64,000 nt of DNA from Candidatus Micrarchaeota archaeon (GCA_016212505.1 JACRGB010000010.1:26758-90757); one strand, 5' to 3'; counted from the first letter of the stretch, positions 6,970-16,351 are shown. A program made the numbers and translations. The notes: generated from the sequence alone by a model not told the origin.

Positions 6970-9300
6970 TCAGATTCTCTCGATCTGCGTCTCTTTATTA
7001 TGTTCTTTATCCCGGCTAAGCCTATAGCTTGAAGCAAATTCCGAACCGATCAGAGCTTCTTCATGGGTAATTACGAAAGTTTGTTTTACTACTTCAGGAA
7101 CCTTGAATTGTAAGGCTGATGAAAGGAGTTCAACTGCTTGGCGATCTAAATTATGTGTTGGTTCGTCGAGAATTAGCCAACTTAATTTTGGTACAAGTAC
7201 GGTTGCGAGTGCCACCCTAAGCGTAAGGGCCGCACAGGCTCTCTCTCCGCCGCTTGCAATTGATTCAAGTGGCTTCCAGTTCTGGTTTTGGCCATCACTA
7301 ACCTGGAATAAATAATCCTTATCACTAACTTCCAGCCGAAGTGCAGAATAATTACGATAGGGATAGAAGATCGTCCAAATTTCATTCATCGCACTGTTTA
7401 TTGCATCAACAACATTTTCGCGGAGTGAAGTTTGAGTTTCTAGTAAGGCATTTTTGTAAATAAGGAGCTCACTTTCCAGCCGTATAAGCTCTTTTGCTTC
7501 CTGCTCCATTAGTTTTAGCGTAGCGAGGTCATCACGAAGTACTTTGAGCATGTCGTTTAGCATGCGGGAAGAGGTTTCAAGCTCGCGTTTTTGTGAGGAA
7601 AGCCTTTCAGTAGATAATTTGAGTGATTCGGTTTCAGTTCTTAGCTTTTCGAATGACTGCTCATCAAAAAGGGTCAGCTTCAGATTTTCTTGATTAGAAA
7701 CTATTTTCTTTTCTGTCTCAGCCAAAGTTTTTTGTTTTAAGGCCAATGATTCTAACTTGCTAAGCTCAATTCGATATTGATCAAGCTTTGCAGTTAGTTG
7801 CTCGCTATTTGTAGCAAGAGCAAATTTTTGCTCTAAAGTTTTTGATAATTCAAGATCAAAAATGGATTTTTTAGTTATTAAATCCTGGACAGGAGGGGCA
7901 TTTTTCTCGCTCTTCTCCAGGGAGAGGATTAAATCCAGTGATGAAGAAATTTTACGATTTTTGGATGATAATTCTTCAAGAGCTTTTCTTTCTGTGAGGA
8001 GGATTCTGGATAGTTCAGCAAGCTGCTTGTTTTTTTCTTCTATTTTCGCGGTTTTTTCATTTTTTATATGTTCAATGCCATGCTCAGCAAGTTTCGATGA
8101 GCAGAGCGGGCATTCGGAAAGGCCAGGCTTAAGGTTTTTGAGAATATCTGAAATTTCAATAAGTTCTTTTTCAATAGAACGTTTTTCGGATTCAAAAGAA
8201 AGGAGTTTTTGTTCGGCTGATTTCTGATCATCAATCAAGGCTGCCGGGGTTTTGCCAGCGCCGCCTAAAAGGAGCTCAAGGTCCTTTCTTAATTTTTGAA
8301 TCTTATCAGAGCTTTCTTTTGTGCTTTTGATTTTGGTTTCAAGGACGCTTATTTCTTTTGAACTCTTTAGGTGGATTTCGTCAACTGATTTGATCTGTGC
8401 TGCAAGAGTATTTTTTTCAGCGAGAAGAGAACTGTAATCTAGCTTGAGTTTGGAATGATGTTCCGGATTAAACAATGCAACTTCAGCCTTTAGTGAGTCT
8501 TGCTGGGCAGTTAAGCGGATCATTTCCTTGGAAAGCAATTCAAATATGTCCTTTTTCTTTTTCATTTCCTGGAAAAGTACTGTAGATTTGGAAAGTTGCT
8601 TGGTTTGTTCCTCATGAGTTAGGAGCAGCTCCCTTAGTTTTGCTTCAAGTGATAAGAGCTCCTTTGCTTTTTCCTGCTCTTTGGCAGAAACTTCAGAAAC
8701 TTTCTCTACACTAAACCGCTCTTCCACCCCTTCGCGCTTGGAGCGGATGCGGCCAATAACTGAAATGATATTGGTTCTTGCTAATTCGAATTTGTCAAGC
8801 CCAAGAAGCGTATCCACTTCCTGCTTTCTTCTTCTTGGATCAAGGGTAAGGAAATAATCGATGTTATTTTGCTCAGAATAAATCGCTCTTGTGAATAAGT
8901 CGTAATCAATCTGGAGAAGGTTTTGGACGTATGTATTTACTGCAACAGGCCCAGATTCAACGAGCATCGTGTTTTTGAAAACTTCGGCTGCAGAACTTGT
9001 CCCTCTTTTATTGCGCTCGATAACTCGCTCGAGACGATATGTTGCACCTTCCCAGACAAATTCCAAAAAAACTTTGGTTATTGGTTCATTCAGACGCATA
9101 AGATCTTCTAGTTTGACTTTTCGCCGCTCTAAGGAAGGGAAAGTACCAAATAAAGCAAAGCTTATCCCTTCAAGTACACTGGATTTTCCAGCGCCCATTA
9201 TTCCTACGAGCAGGTTGGTGCCGTCGCTAAAGTCCAGCTTGGAATCTGAGTGTGATCGCCAGTTGATTAAATGAATAAGTCGGATCATGCATAAGGACAC
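6970..9300 (-). CDS. rad50: Rad50 (SMC-family DNA double-strand break repair ATPase)
   Basis: Walker A GIMGAGKSS, long coiled coil with a CPLC zinc hook, signature SGGE, Walker B LILDEPTHNLD. The ORF opens at GTG 9300; ATG 9288 (MIRLIHLINWRSH) is the likely start. Confidence 0.88.
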   Translation of the reverse strand: MSLCMIRLIHLINWRSHSDSKLDFSDGTNLLVGIMGAGKSSVLEGISFALFGTFPSLERRKVKLEDLMRLNEPITKVFLEFVWEGATYRLERVIERNKRGTSSAAEVFKNTMLVESGPVAVNTYVQNLLQIDYDLFTRAIYSEQNNIDYFLTLDPRRRKQEVDTLLGLDKFELARTNIISVIGRIRSKREGVEERFSVEKVSEVSAKEQEKAKELLSLEAKLRELLLTHEEQTKQLSKSTVLFQEMKKKKDIFELLSKEMIRLTAQQDSLKAEVALFNPEHHSKLKLDYSSLLAEKNTLAAQIKSVDEIHLKSSKEISVLETKIKSTKESSDKIQKLRKDLELLLGGAGKTPAALIDDQKSAEQKLLSFESEKRSIEKELIEISDILKNLKPGLSECPLCSSKLAEHGIEHIKNEKTAKIEEKNKQLAELSRILLTERKALEELSSKNRKISSSLDLILSLEKSEKNAPPVQDLITKKSIFDLELSKTLEQKFALATNSEQLTAKLDQYRIELSKLESLALKQKTLAETEKKIVSNQENLKLTLFDEQSFEKLRTETESLKLSTERLSSQKRELETSSRMLNDMLKVLRDDLATLKLMEQEAKELIRLESELLIYKNALLETQTSLRENVVDAINSAMNEIWTIFYPYRNYSALRLEVSDKDYLFQVSDGQNQNWKPLESIASGGERACAALTLRVALATVLVPKLSWLILDEPTHNLDRQAVELLSSALQFKVPEVVKQTFVITHEEALIGSEFASSYRLSRDKEHNKETQIERI

Positions 9301-9342
9301 TTAGAGCGAACCGTTTTTATTGAGTATGAATCGGAGAGAAAG

Positions 9343-9729
9343 TCAGATCGATATAACTTTTTTAAATCTGCCAAAATCCTTGCGGTCTCCAGTAACGATA
9401 TGACAGTCCATAGCAGAGGCTGCCGCATAAACAAAAGAGTCGATGGCAGATAAGCCTTCCTGCAGATGGATGCTCGCTGCCTTAACTGCAAAGGGCTGAT
9501 TAATGTCAAATACAGTAGAATGCTTATTTATAGAATTGACAATTTCTTCCGCCTTTTCACGACTGGATCGCTTGGTTACCTGATACCACACCTCATAAAC
9601 ATTCAATACCGTAGTGTATATGGTATTTTTAGGGTTCTCTATTAGCTGCAATAGTTTGTCTGCTTTTTGGGTCCCTTCAAATATTTCTATCCAACCCCAG
9701 CTATCTATCAGGATATTCAACCCAATCAA
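9343..9729 (-). CDS. vapC: PIN-domain toxin VapC
   Basis: N-terminal ILIDS acidic motif and PIN-like length and acidic residues. It is the immediate downstream partner of an AbrB-type antitoxin. The longest ORF starts at 9777 but would overlap vapB by 77 nt, so TTG 9729 or 9720 is more plausible. Confidence 0.75.
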   Translation of the reverse strand: MIGLNILIDSWGWIEIFEGTQKADKLLQLIENPKNTIYTTVLNVYEVWYQVTKRSSREKAEEIVNSINKHSTVFDINQPFAVKAASIHLQEGLSAIDSFVYAAASAMDCHIVTGDRKDFGRFKKVISI

Positions 9730-9937
9730 CCCCCTGATCTTTCTTGAATTGCGCTTTAATGCCTTTAAAGGCACCAAAGAATTCCCTTATGTCTTTTACC
9801 GGTTTTATATGAATATCCTTATGAGTTTCGTCAAAGTAGATCTCCAGTTTTTTTTTGGTCCCGATTTTATCCCTAATAGATTTTGGGATTACGATTCTGC
9901 CAGAAGAATCCATTTCTACAAATTCTGAAGCCACCAA
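9701..9937 (-). CDS. vapB: AbrB/SpoVT-family antitoxin VapB
   Basis: 78 aa with GRIVIPKSIRDKIG, a swapped-hairpin AbrB-type motif. It overlaps the PIN gene. Confidence 0.75.
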   Translation of the reverse strand: MVASEFVEMDSSGRIVIPKSIRDKIGTKKKLEIYFDETHKDIHIKPVKDIREFFGAFKGIKAQFKKDQGVDWVEYPDR

Positions 9938-9975
9938 ATCACCATAAATACATTAAAATGGAAGAATTTAAGAAT

Positions 9976-10000
9976 CTGCCATTTTTTATAAAAATGGCAG
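9976..10000. promoter_or_regulatory. Perfect 11-bp inverted repeat with 3-nt loop, upstream of vapBC and downstream of ORF 10022-10855: candidate antitoxin operator and/or terminator hairpin
   Basis: ctgccattttt-tat-aaaaatggcag. A related half-site aaaatggaag occurs at about 9956-9965. Confidence 0.4.
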
Positions 10001-10021
10001 GATAATATTATTTGGCATTAT

Positions 10022-10855
10022 TTAGAAAACCGAGTCCTTTATCTCTTCCTGGGTTGTCGGCGAGAAGAAATCCCACTGGAAGCATTTTATCATATCAAGA
10101 TCGCTAAGCTCACTAACATCAGAACCCAAAGAGCTTGAAAGGATGGTCTTGAGCTCTTTTGCCTGCCTTGATGCACGGGATAATGCCTCATCTCGGGTAA
10201 GGCCAAAAGCAGTAGTAGAAGCAAATGAGATCATTTCCACTGGCCGCTCACCCTGGGTTATTCTTTCCAGTAAGCGGTTCCAGTAGGCAATCTCGCGGTC
10301 CACACGCATCGCATCGTCCCGTGACATGCGCAATTCGCGGCCTTTTTTTGTTTCTGCGGTGCTGCGCTTAGTCTTAATCTCATCAACATGGTTCGAAAGG
10401 TCAAGGGTGTTGATCATCATGGTGATCTTAACTATATATTTTAGGGAACTGACTGCCTTTTCAAAAGATTCGAACATCAGTTTTTTCTCTTCGTTATTTT
10501 TATCCATGGAACTTTCGTAAAACCGTATCTCCAGGAACTTGGATACGAAATAGCCGTCCGAACTTTTTTTGACAATGCAGTCGCGGGAGGGGGGGACTTC
10601 ATAGCCATCGTGCATCTCAACTACCCGCGTGGCTTTTGTTATCATGGGTACGAAAAGGTAGCCGTATTTCCAGGTAAATAGGGTAAATGCAAAAAACACT
10701 GCAGAAACAATCGCAAGGAACGGACTAAAGATCAGGGAAAGCAAAACTGAGATGACCCCGCCTGCAAGGCAGGCCATTGTTATTGCTCGGTTTAGGAACA
10801 TAGAAAATACATCAGGGTTGCGATTTAAAAACCTGAATATTGAATGAAGAATCAA
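10022..10855 (-). CDS. Hypothetical membrane protein (two N-terminal TM helices plus an approx. 200-aa soluble helical domain)
   Basis: 277-aa ORF with hydrophobic segments at about aa 25-65. The layout loosely recalls the N-terminal non-ATPase part of VirB4/TrbE-like proteins, but no ATPase motifs are present. Confidence 0.55.
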   Translation of the reverse strand: MILHSIFRFLNRNPDVFSMFLNRAITMACLAGGVISVLLSLIFSPFLAIVSAVFFAFTLFTWKYGYLFVPMITKATRVVEMHDGYEVPPSRDCIVKKSSDGYFVSKFLEIRFYESSMDKNNEEKKLMFESFEKAVSSLKYIVKITMMINTLDLSNHVDEIKTKRSTAETKKGRELRMSRDDAMRVDREIAYWNRLLERITQGERPVEMISFASTTAFGLTRDEALSRASRQAKELKTILSSSLGSDVSELSDLDMIKCFQWDFFSPTTQEEIKDSVF

Positions 10856-10867
10856 GAGGTGTGAAGT

Positions 10868-11521
10868 ATGAAATATTTTATAGGTTTGGTATTTTTGATG
10901 CTATTAGGCAGCGTAGTATATTCAAACGAGTATTTCTATGTGAATTATAAGAACATAACTCACGATGGAGATGGAGTGGCTGCATCTGCAGGTATAGAAA
11001 ATGATAGTGGAGTAAGAGGCATCACCGCCGCTTATGGAGATAACAATTGGAACTGGAGCCAGGTTGGAATAAGATACCAGATAGGCCCGGATTATGATGC
11101 CTACGAAAACTGGAATTACACTTGGGAAAATATGAACAATGCAAGCAACCTAACTTATTTGAATTTAACAGATGACCAAGTGTCTGATGGAATAGATATG
11201 GGTTTTTATTCACACTTCTTTGGAACCACAATTAATAGAATATGGGTTTCTTCGAACGGATTTATTATTTTCGATAACTGGGTTTCACAAAATCTAAGCA
11301 GTGGGTGTTGCAGTGGACAATATATGCCAGATGGAACTGCGCCAAATTATTTAATAGCAGGATACTGGGAAGATCTTAATCCAGAAGCAGGGGGAACCAT
11401 ATCTTATGGGGTTTTCGGTAGTGCACCAAACAGGTACATGGTAGTAGAATTCAACGAAGTGCCCCATTATTACTATACAAATGCAACGGTGAGCTTCCAG
11501 ATAAAAATACCCGAACAGTAA
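10868..11521 (+). CDS. Secreted protein with NIDO-like extracellular domain, heavily sequon-decorated
   Basis: Signal-like N-terminus MKYFIGLVFLMLLGSVVYS. At least eight N-x-S/T sequons. FFGTTINRIWVSSNGFIIF ... IAGYWEDLNP ... VSFQIKI resembles the nidogen (NIDO)-type pattern. Confidence 0.55.
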   Translation: MKYFIGLVFLMLLGSVVYSNEYFYVNYKNITHDGDGVAASAGIENDSGVRGITAAYGDNNWNWSQVGIRYQIGPDYDAYENWNYTWENMNNASNLTYLNLTDDQVSDGIDMGFYSHFFGTTINRIWVSSNGFIIFDNWVSQNLSSGCCSGQYMPDGTAPNYLIAGYWEDLNPEAGGTISYGVFGSAPNRYMVVEFNEVPHYYYTNATVSFQIKIPEQ

Positions 11522-11564
11522 TTTTTCTTTTTTAGTTTTTTTATTTCTTTTTTTCTTTGTTTTA
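11522..11564 (+). terminator. Oligo-T rich archaeal-type terminator region
   Basis: tttttcttttttagtttttttatttctttttttctttgtttt immediately after the stop codon at 11519-11521. Confidence 0.5.
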
Positions 11565-11603
11565 CGATTAATAGTCGAAATAGTCAGTCGGGCACTTGCC
11601 AGC

Positions 11604-12722
11604 TCATAACGCCGAGAAAGTCTTAATTCCTATTTCGCCGCCTAAAATCGAGCCTAATTCCTTGACAAAAATGAATGTTATGGCGAGCGAGAATAATGGC
11701 GCAAATATCGCATAGAGGATGCTTTTTGAAATCGCGTTCGAATTTGCCTGCGAAAGCATAGTTATATCGCCATTAAAATCAGGGACAAAGGGCGGTATTA
11801 CCGAAACGTTTGTGGAATTAGACCCATTGCCGGGATTGGTGCTGTTAGTGCCATTTATCAGCAAGGTGGAATTGCCAAAGAAAGATTGTGTAACATTAGG
11901 ACAGAACGAACTATTTGAAAGATTTTGCTGGCAGCGACCACTCATAATGTCCAGTTTTCCGGCTATTGCATAGTTGCTATTAAGGTCTACAATAGGGATC
12001 GCTGCGTAGAAGCTGCTGTTGGTAAAATTTTGCATCAGTATAGATGAGGAGTTAAGCTCTGGCTGCGGATCCGGAAAGATCAGAATGAATGTCGGGTAAA
12101 AGAGGTAGAGGCCAAGGGCGAGTGCAATCAAAAAGCCGCCCACCCTGCGGGTGGCGAAAAAAGTCCTTAGCACAAGCCCTACCGGAAAGAGGATCGACAG
12201 AGCGCTTTGTTTTATGAAAGTAGCGATCTGGAAATTCAGACCAAAAAGTATGTTTAGCAGGTTAAATGCAAGAAGCTGGAGCGAAAGTGCTCCGGAAACC
12301 GATGAAAGGTTGGTAAAAGGCGCAATCGAAAACGAACCAAAATTGAGGGAAATTGTCTGGTAATAGCCAAGAAGGTTGAGGGTTTTTGTAAGCTGCATAA
12401 ATGATAGGAAAAGCGAGGAGTTGGCATTGCCAAGGGCGCAAAGAAGCTGCTCAACCGAAGTTCCGGGTGCGCATGCAGAGGTAACTAATGCAGAGCTTAC
12501 CCCGCCAACAAGCGCGATAATCGCTGCAAAAGATCCGATAATTGCGGCATTGATTATGGATTGGATTATTTCTTCAATCCCAAAATGCTCTATTTTTTTA
12601 TACCCAAAAGCACGGCCAACACCAAGGATGATGCCTGCAAGTATTATGGAGGCAGTAACTACAACGATTGCCACTGACATTCCTACAAAATCTTCTGCCA
12701 TTAGGAAAAACAAATCACGCAT
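11604..12722 (-). CDS. Polytopic membrane protein with Asn/Ser/Thr-rich glycosylation loop
   Basis: 372 aa with multiple hydrophobic helices. The loop at about aa 225-305 carries at least 12 N-x-S/T sequons (for example NGTNSTNPGNGSNSTNVS). I recognise no family. Confidence 0.6.
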   Translation of the reverse strand: MRDLFFLMAEDFVGMSVAIVVVTASIILAGIILGVGRAFGYKKIEHFGIEEIIQSIINAAIIGSFAAIIALVGGVSSALVTSACAPGTSVEQLLCALGNANSSLFLSFMQLTKTLNLLGYYQTISLNFGSFSIAPFTNLSSVSGALSLQLLAFNLLNILFGLNFQIATFIKQSALSILFPVGLVLRTFFATRRVGGFLIALALGLYLFYPTFILIFPDPQPELNSSSILMQNFTNSSFYAAIPIVDLNSNYAIAGKLDIMSGRCQQNLSNSSFCPNVTQSFFGNSTLLINGTNSTNPGNGSNSTNVSVIPPFVPDFNGDITMLSQANSNAISKSILYAIFAPLFSLAITFIFVKELGSILGGEIGIKTFSAL

Positions 12723-12941
12723 TTGTTATAAAGGTTTTGGAAACACTTCTATACCATTCCAACTAAATCTGTTTGCCATGCGTGGCAAATCTCTCGAGCA
12801 TAGCTCTCGATCGCGCACGTTAATTCATTATCAGCTACGCAAAACCCGCGTCGGGCAGATTTTATTCAGATGAAGTTTTCTCCCGGTGTAGCACCTAACC
12901 GATTAATTAGTGAGCGCCAATTGTTTTGGCATAGTTCCATG

Positions 12942-13757
12942 CTATGCGATTCTTCGGAGTTCTTCAGCTGGTAGCGGATCAACTGCGATCATGAGCTGTC
13001 TTATGATATCTGCTAAAGGTGTGGCTCGAAGAAGCTGAAGCCGGTCTATAAATGTACCAAAATCAGCAGGAAGATCTGCTGGCTCGCTATCAAACGCACT
13101 TTTTATATGAGGGTGACTGGACGAATCAACAATTACTCCTAGTTTCAGGGCTGTTGATTTATCAGCAAGTTCTGCAATTTTAGGAACATAAAACTTAAGA
13201 TCGCAGGACCGATAGAAGAGTGCATTAATTGAAAGATCAGCAAGCCCGATCATTTTGGGATTTAACCTAAACAGCTCCAATATCCTAAAGAGATGATTGA
13301 AAATTCTGCCCTTATTTATAAGAGGGGCAAGATCAGTATCTTCTATCACACTATCAAGTATTGCAGAGACAACCTCCAAAAGCCGCTGATCAGCAGGATG
13401 GAAAAGAGATGCAGCCCCATAAAGGTTCTTTAAACACATCAATGTAACAAAGGTGTTCGGTGGAATTGACATTTGCTCAAGAAGAACGGTATGGCTAAAA
13501 TCATCTCCAAGATAATATTTCGCACGTGTAAAAGCAGCAATGGCGTGAGCGTTTAAAGAGGAACTATGTATTTGTGCAGTTAAGAGTGCATTACTTCTCT
13601 TATCGGCAAAGACCAGGCGATCAAAGCCGGACAAACGACTCCGAAAATCAGATGCATGCTCTCTCCTGAGGCGATTATCATTAGAGGAGATCAGCGTAAC
13701 ATTCGGCCTTAGCGGACCTAACGCCGAGTAAGTTATTGGATTTGTATAAAAAGACAT
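12942..13757 (-). CDS. Hypothetical protein (orphan B)
   Basis: 271-codon ORF. TTTTAAATT TATA-like element about 29 nt upstream of the ATG (leaderless layout). No recognisable motifs. Confidence 0.55.
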   Translation of the reverse strand: MSFYTNPITYSALGPLRPNVTLISSNDNRLRREHASDFRSRLSGFDRLVFADKRSNALLTAQIHSSSLNAHAIAAFTRAKYYLGDDFSHTVLLEQMSIPPNTFVTLMCLKNLYGAASLFHPADQRLLEVVSAILDSVIEDTDLAPLINKGRIFNHLFRILELFRLNPKMIGLADLSINALFYRSCDLKFYVPKIAELADKSTALKLGVIVDSSSHPHIKSAFDSEPADLPADFGTFIDRLQLLRATPLADIIRQLMIAVDPLPAEELRRIA

Positions 13758-13810
13758 TATAGTATAGTTATTGACACTAATTTAAAAGGGTTCTGAAGTT
13801 TTTGTGGTTG

Positions 13811-14953
13811 CTAACCAAAGGTAAAAGTATAAATCCGAAATCCTTTTCCTTTTATATTGAGAATAACCGTCCGTTGGTTATAGCCACTATCATTAACGGC
13901 ATTGTAGAGCCTAAGGCCATTTATGTGTGCAATCGCCTCATTGCCGACAAAAATCGCATCAGTACCAATATTTGTCTGGTCTTCGTTTTTATCATCAAGA
14001 GTGATGATCAAGTCGGACGGTCCGCCACCTGCAACAATATTCACAGATCGCGCTTTATAATTAAGGGCAATTTTACCTTCATTAGAAATGAGTTCACTAT
14101 GGTCTCCATTGATTTTCCATGTGCCCTCAAGATAAACCAGGTTTGGGCTTAGCCGTGCGGCCGAATCTGAAGGAAAACTATAATTTACGCTTTGCTCAGG
14201 CGGCAGGCCCTGGAGGTTTCCTATTGGTTGCCTGGCAGTACTATAACCAAGATAAATTTCCGGGGTCCCGATCTTATAAAAATCGGTATTTGAAGAAATA
14301 TTTTCCGAAACAAGAGACTCATTTGCCACTTGATTTGTTTGGTCTAATTCAGAAAGCAATTTTTGTATGTTCCGCTCTATTTCTTCATCCCCGCCCTCGC
14401 CAATGCGATCGTACCGGATAGTGCCATCCTTGTCGATAAGATAGACATGGGGCCAGTAGTGGTTATCGTAAGAGGTCCAAGTGCCATAATCATTGTCCTG
14501 GACTATTGGGTATTTTATCATGAATTTTTGGACTGCCTTAAACACATTAGCATAGTCCTTTTCAAAATCAAATTCAGGGGTATGGATTCCTATAATGACA
14601 AGCCCCTTACTTGCATATTTTTCGTACCAGGAATTAAGGTAGGGAATGGTACGGATGCAGTTGATGCAGGTATATGTCCAAAAGTCAAGCAGCACGACTT
14701 TCCCCCTATATTGGGAAAGGGTGATAGATTTGTTGTTTGTGTTTATGTAGCCGGAAATCAAATTTAGTTCTGGCGCCTGGGGATAGGAGCCTGCCGAGAC
14801 TGAGGGGCTGGGACTGGGATTCGGGATTGTTTTTGAAATGATAGCCGACTTCTGACCAGCAGCAGGACCGATTGTGATAATTGCTGCGACAATGATAAGT
14901 ACCGCAAATATCAGGATAAGATAGTTCGAAACCGAAATTTCCATAAGGATCAC
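13811..14953 (-). CDS. Membrane-anchored thioredoxin-fold redoxin with C-terminal beta-rich domain (DipZ C-terminal-like)
   Basis: N-terminal TM helix, then VVLLDFWTYTCINCIRTIPYL (TlpA/ResA-type CxxC). The start overlaps the ccdA stop by 4 nt. Confidence 0.8.
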   Translation of the reverse strand: MILMEISVSNYLILIFAVLIIVAAIITIGPAAGQKSAIISKTIPNPSPSPSVSAGSYPQAPELNLISGYINTNNKSITLSQYRGKVVLLDFWTYTCINCIRTIPYLNSWYEKYASKGLVIIGIHTPEFDFEKDYANVFKAVQKFMIKYPIVQDNDYGTWTSYDNHYWPHVYLIDKDGTIRYDRIGEGGDEEIERNIQKLLSELDQTNQVANESLVSENISSNTDFYKIGTPEIYLGYSTARQPIGNLQGLPPEQSVNYSFPSDSAARLSPNLVYLEGTWKINGDHSELISNEGKIALNYKARSVNIVAGGGPSDLIITLDDKNEDQTNIGTDAIFVGNEAIAHINGLRLYNAVNDSGYNQRTVILNIKGKGFRIYTFTFG

Positions 14954-15666
14954 TTCAAAAGAAAATCATTAAGCGGAACAAAATTCGCAATCGCCGAAAG
15001 TTTTCCGGTAAATACCAGCACGCCCAGGATTATTAGCACAATCCCAAATACGATATTCAGCCATTTTAGGTATGGCATGATGAATCTTATTGCAGAGTTT
15101 GACTGCGAGATGAAAATGCCTACGAGTAGGAAGGGAATCCCTAACCCAACAGAGTAGCTTAACATAAGCGGAAATGCGCTTGCTGGATTTGTTATTGCAA
15201 GGGTGAGGATTCCACCTAAGATTGCTCCAACGCAGGGAGTCCAGCCAACTGCAAAGGCAGCACCAAAAAGAAATGAGGAGAAATAGGATGGCCTTAGGTT
15301 TGCCAGGGTAAGTTTGCGGTCAGTTTCCAGAAAAGAAAATCTTATCAAGCCAAGAAGCATCAGGCCAAAAAGTATTATGATTATTCCTCCGACATAACCA
15401 AGATAAGTCTGGACATCATATGCGATAGTGGAAAGAACGCTCTGGAGCAAAACTCCGATAATTGAAAAAATAACTGAAAAGCCTAAAACAAAAAATAAGC
15501 TGCTCAGGAGTACCCTAATCCGGGCATTCTGGGAATCGTTTTTTATTTCGTCGATGCTGGTTTTGGCAAGGAAAGTCATATACGCCGGGATGAGAGGGAG
15601 AACGCAGGGGCTAAGGAACGAGAAAAGGCCTGCAATAAAGGCCAGTATCAGGGTCAGTTCAGCCAT
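14950..15666 (-). CDS. ccdA: CcdA/DsbD-family transmembrane thiol-disulfide electron transporter
   Basis: 238 aa, six hydrophobic helices, conserved Cys motifs LSPCVLPLIP and WTPCVGAILG. Confidence 0.88.
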   Translation of the reverse strand: MAELTLILAFIAGLFSFLSPCVLPLIPAYMTFLAKTSIDEIKNDSQNARIRVLLSSLFFVLGFSVIFSIIGVLLQSVLSTIAYDVQTYLGYVGGIIIILFGLMLLGLIRFSFLETDRKLTLANLRPSYFSSFLFGAAFAVGWTPCVGAILGGILTLAITNPASAFPLMLSYSVGLGIPFLLVGIFISQSNSAIRFIMPYLKWLNIVFGIVLIILGVLVFTGKLSAIANFVPLNDFLLK

Positions 15667-15669
15667 TCC

Positions 15670-16284
15670 TTAAGTCACCTTAGATATTTCTTCTTCTATC
15701 TGATCTGCAGACCATTGCTCATTCGACCTTTTTGCAACCTTACCCTTGCTATCGAGTATTATATGTGTATGCTGGTAGGCTATGCCAAATTCTTTTGCAA
15801 GTGCATCTTCATCAGAATCAGTGTCAGAATCCTTATAGTTAACCCGGAAACCGACCACGTTTTCTTTATTTTGGCTTTTGATTTCCTTAAATGCCTCTTC
15901 AAGCGCAGGAGCTTGTGCTGCACAGGTTGGGCACCAGTTCGCATAAAATTCCAGGAATATTATTTTTCCTTCAGCCCTTGCTTCATCATAAGCTGCTTTT
16001 TCAAAAGGGCGGTAGCCGCCTTCGCTTGCTTGGCCCATTTTGCTTTTGTTAGTCCCATTATTTTGGATTTCCGTGGTTTTGTTCATCAGGGTATTTTTTT
16101 CATCAGATTTGTTCATTGAATTGTCCGTGCCTGCTTTAACCGTTGAATCTGAAATTTTGGTATTGCTAGTGCATCCTGCAATGAGCAGAGCACTGGTAAT
16201 CAATAGGATCAAGATCATTTTCATAAAATCACCTAATGGCTCAGAAAAAAGCCGAATATAAACCTTTGCCCAATTCTCACCCAA
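15670..16284 (-). CDS. Thioredoxin-fold lipoprotein (extracytoplasmic)
   Basis: Lipobox-like LLIAGCTS and the active site WCPTC. The likely true start is MKMILILL at about 16224. Confidence 0.8.
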   Translation of the reverse strand: MGENWAKVYIRLFSEPLGDFMKMILILLITSALLIAGCTSNTKISDSTVKAGTDNSMNKSDEKNTLMNKTTEIQNNGTNKSKMGQASEGGYRPFEKAAYDEARAEGKIIFLEFYANWCPTCAAQAPALEEAFKEIKSQNKENVVGFRVNYKDSDTDSDEDALAKEFGIAYQHTHIILDSKGKVAKRSNEQWSADQIEEEISKVT

Positions 16285-16351
16285 TTTTTGTTGTATTGCA
16301 AATTTGTCCCGGGGTTGGTAGAGATGATTTTGGCTCTACAGAGCCATGAGC

